This document shows positions 18,583-20,000 of a stretch of DNA of 20,000 nucleotides, in pieces. Source of the DNA: Neovahlkampfia damariscottae (lineage: Eukaryota); assembly GCA_016618085.1 (NCBI GenBank), contig JABLTG010000103.1:51352-71351 (forward strand). The letters are read 5' to 3'. A model generated the notes under the pieces. That model was not told where the DNA came from. It did no database searches and was given only the letters and a program-made list of their open reading frames with translations. Both the position numbers and the translations under genes were made by a program. Position 1 is the first letter of the stretch; each line of letters opens with the position of its first letter.

Positions 18583-20000
18583 ATGAACAACACAAAGTTT
18601 GTTACAACAAAAAACTTCAATTTTAAATGCCCTTGATGTATTAAATGAAAAATTAAGACGAATTAATGCTGAAATTGATTTAACTTGTGATGAAAATTTA
18701 ACTCCAGATTCAAATGATGTTAATTTTAAATGTTCAATTCATAATACTTTTCCAACACCACCAACTGATTTTGAATTTACAACTTCTTTTGAAACACCAA
18801 CTAATTCATCTTTTGAAGTTTCAACTACTGTTAATTCAACTGATAAAATTGCTATAACACCACCAGTTGATTTTACATCTTCAATGAATAGTGATTTTAC
18901 TGATGATTTTGAAGATTTTCCTGATGAATCCAAATGTAAAACTGAAAATGTACCTGAAACTTTTAATTTTCATGAAGATTGTTTATCAATTTTGAACAAA
19001 AGAAAAACACAACCAGTTGTTCTTTTTGAAGAACCATCTAAGAAATTAAAATATTCAACATTTACAGAAGCTACCTTTAATTCTGATGAAAAAAAACAAA
19101 TAGTAAAAAATCCAAATAGTTGGGGTTCTGAAGGTGTTTATGTGTATACCATTTGTAATTTTAAGAAATGGTCAACTGAAAATCAAAATTATTATCTTCA
19201 AACTTTAATCATCAAGCAAGTAGCAGTACCTAAAACCAAAAACAATTTAAGAGGATTTTTATCAACTTATTACTGGAAAAAATAAAGTGATGAGTCATTT
19301 TAAAGTTAGCAATGATAGATTGAAAAAATTATCTGAAATAATGTGGTCTAACAATGGGGTGCCATCTAAAGTTAATCATGGAAATGTTGGAAAATTTGAA
19401 TCTGGATTATCTGATGAAGATAAATCAATGATAAAAACTTTTGTCCTTTCATTTGAAGGTATAAAAAAAAACTAAACTGTAAAGGTCCTTTCTTTTGATT
19501 ATAAACAAAATGTTGCTTTACCTGTAATGTCGTGTCAAGCAGATCTTTTATATTATAAATCCAAATTGAATGTAAATTTGTTTGGAATTGTAGACGAAAA
19601 AAACATGAAACTTGATGGTGTCAAAGCTGATATTTTTTTGTGGGATGAACGCAATGGATCTAAAACTGTTAATGAAATTGATTCAGTCCTCTATGAATAT
19701 TTGAAACATCTTTTGATATTGAATATGTAGAACCAAAAAAAAATATTATTGATGCTTCAAGATTGGCTTATTTCAAAAACAAAAATAGAAGTGTACCACA
19801 ATTTGATGTTGTACATACATACAAAAAATCAAGTATTGAGACAGGTAAAACTTCAACAAACATTAAGTTATCTGAATTACAAGATAAAAATGTTATTGAT
19901 ATTCAAACTATATTGAGAGCATCAGGTTTGTCAGATACAAATGATGTGTCAGATTATACAGATACATTTATTGCACCAACATCATGGGATTTACAAAGCT
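18583..20000 (+). mobile_element. Decayed Sola-like DNA transposon (fragmented transposase), running off the window end
   Basis: Collinear + strand fragments broken by stops and frameshifts. HGN motif (KVNHGNVGK). VLSFDYKQNVALP..Q...YYKSKLNVNLFGI and FLWDERNGSKTVNEIDSVL resemble the first catalytic-Asp region of Sola transposases. The later catalytic motifs are missing. Boundaries and TIRs were not identified. Confidence 0.6.

Noticed and set aside
19459..19484. Possible 26-nt intron rescuing the transposase frame
   Set aside because: Splicing it shifts the frame into a stop (G-P-F-F-stop) and loses the SFDYKQ motif.
1..20000. Alternative genetic code or stop readthrough to explain fragmented ORFs
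   Set aside because: Internal stops fall inside introns, long exons are stop-free, and genes end at TAA or TGA.

Overview
AT-rich, gene-dense eukaryotic nuclear DNA with the standard genetic code and very short GT-AG introns (mostly 27-39 nt). The gene families resemble a heterolobosean (Naegleria-like) protist; this is inference. Hand-splicing the fragmented ORFs gives: (1) a 5'-truncated EF-hand/PIP5K/DEP/PH kinase; (2) a Spec3/Stum-like membrane protein with a Gln-rich tail; (3) tRNA-Ala(UGC); (4) one 8.2-kb, 19-intron gene for a ~2517-aa receptor-like protein: signal peptide, 14 RCC1 blades + 5 EGF-like repeats, 14 RCC1 blades + 8 EGF-like repeats, a DOMON-like domain, 7TM and RGS; (5) tRNA-Arg(ACG); (6) a degenerate small-GTPase gene missing from the ORF track; (7) a Kelch protein; (8) a class I SAM methyltransferase; (9) a membrane hybrid histidine kinase; (10) a hypothetical protein; (11) a decayed Sola-like DNA transposon. 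The top candidate for a novel system is the giant RCC1-EGF-7TM-RGS receptor. It was built by internal duplication that kept 16-nt and 12-nt microexons and 9 of 10 intron positions.
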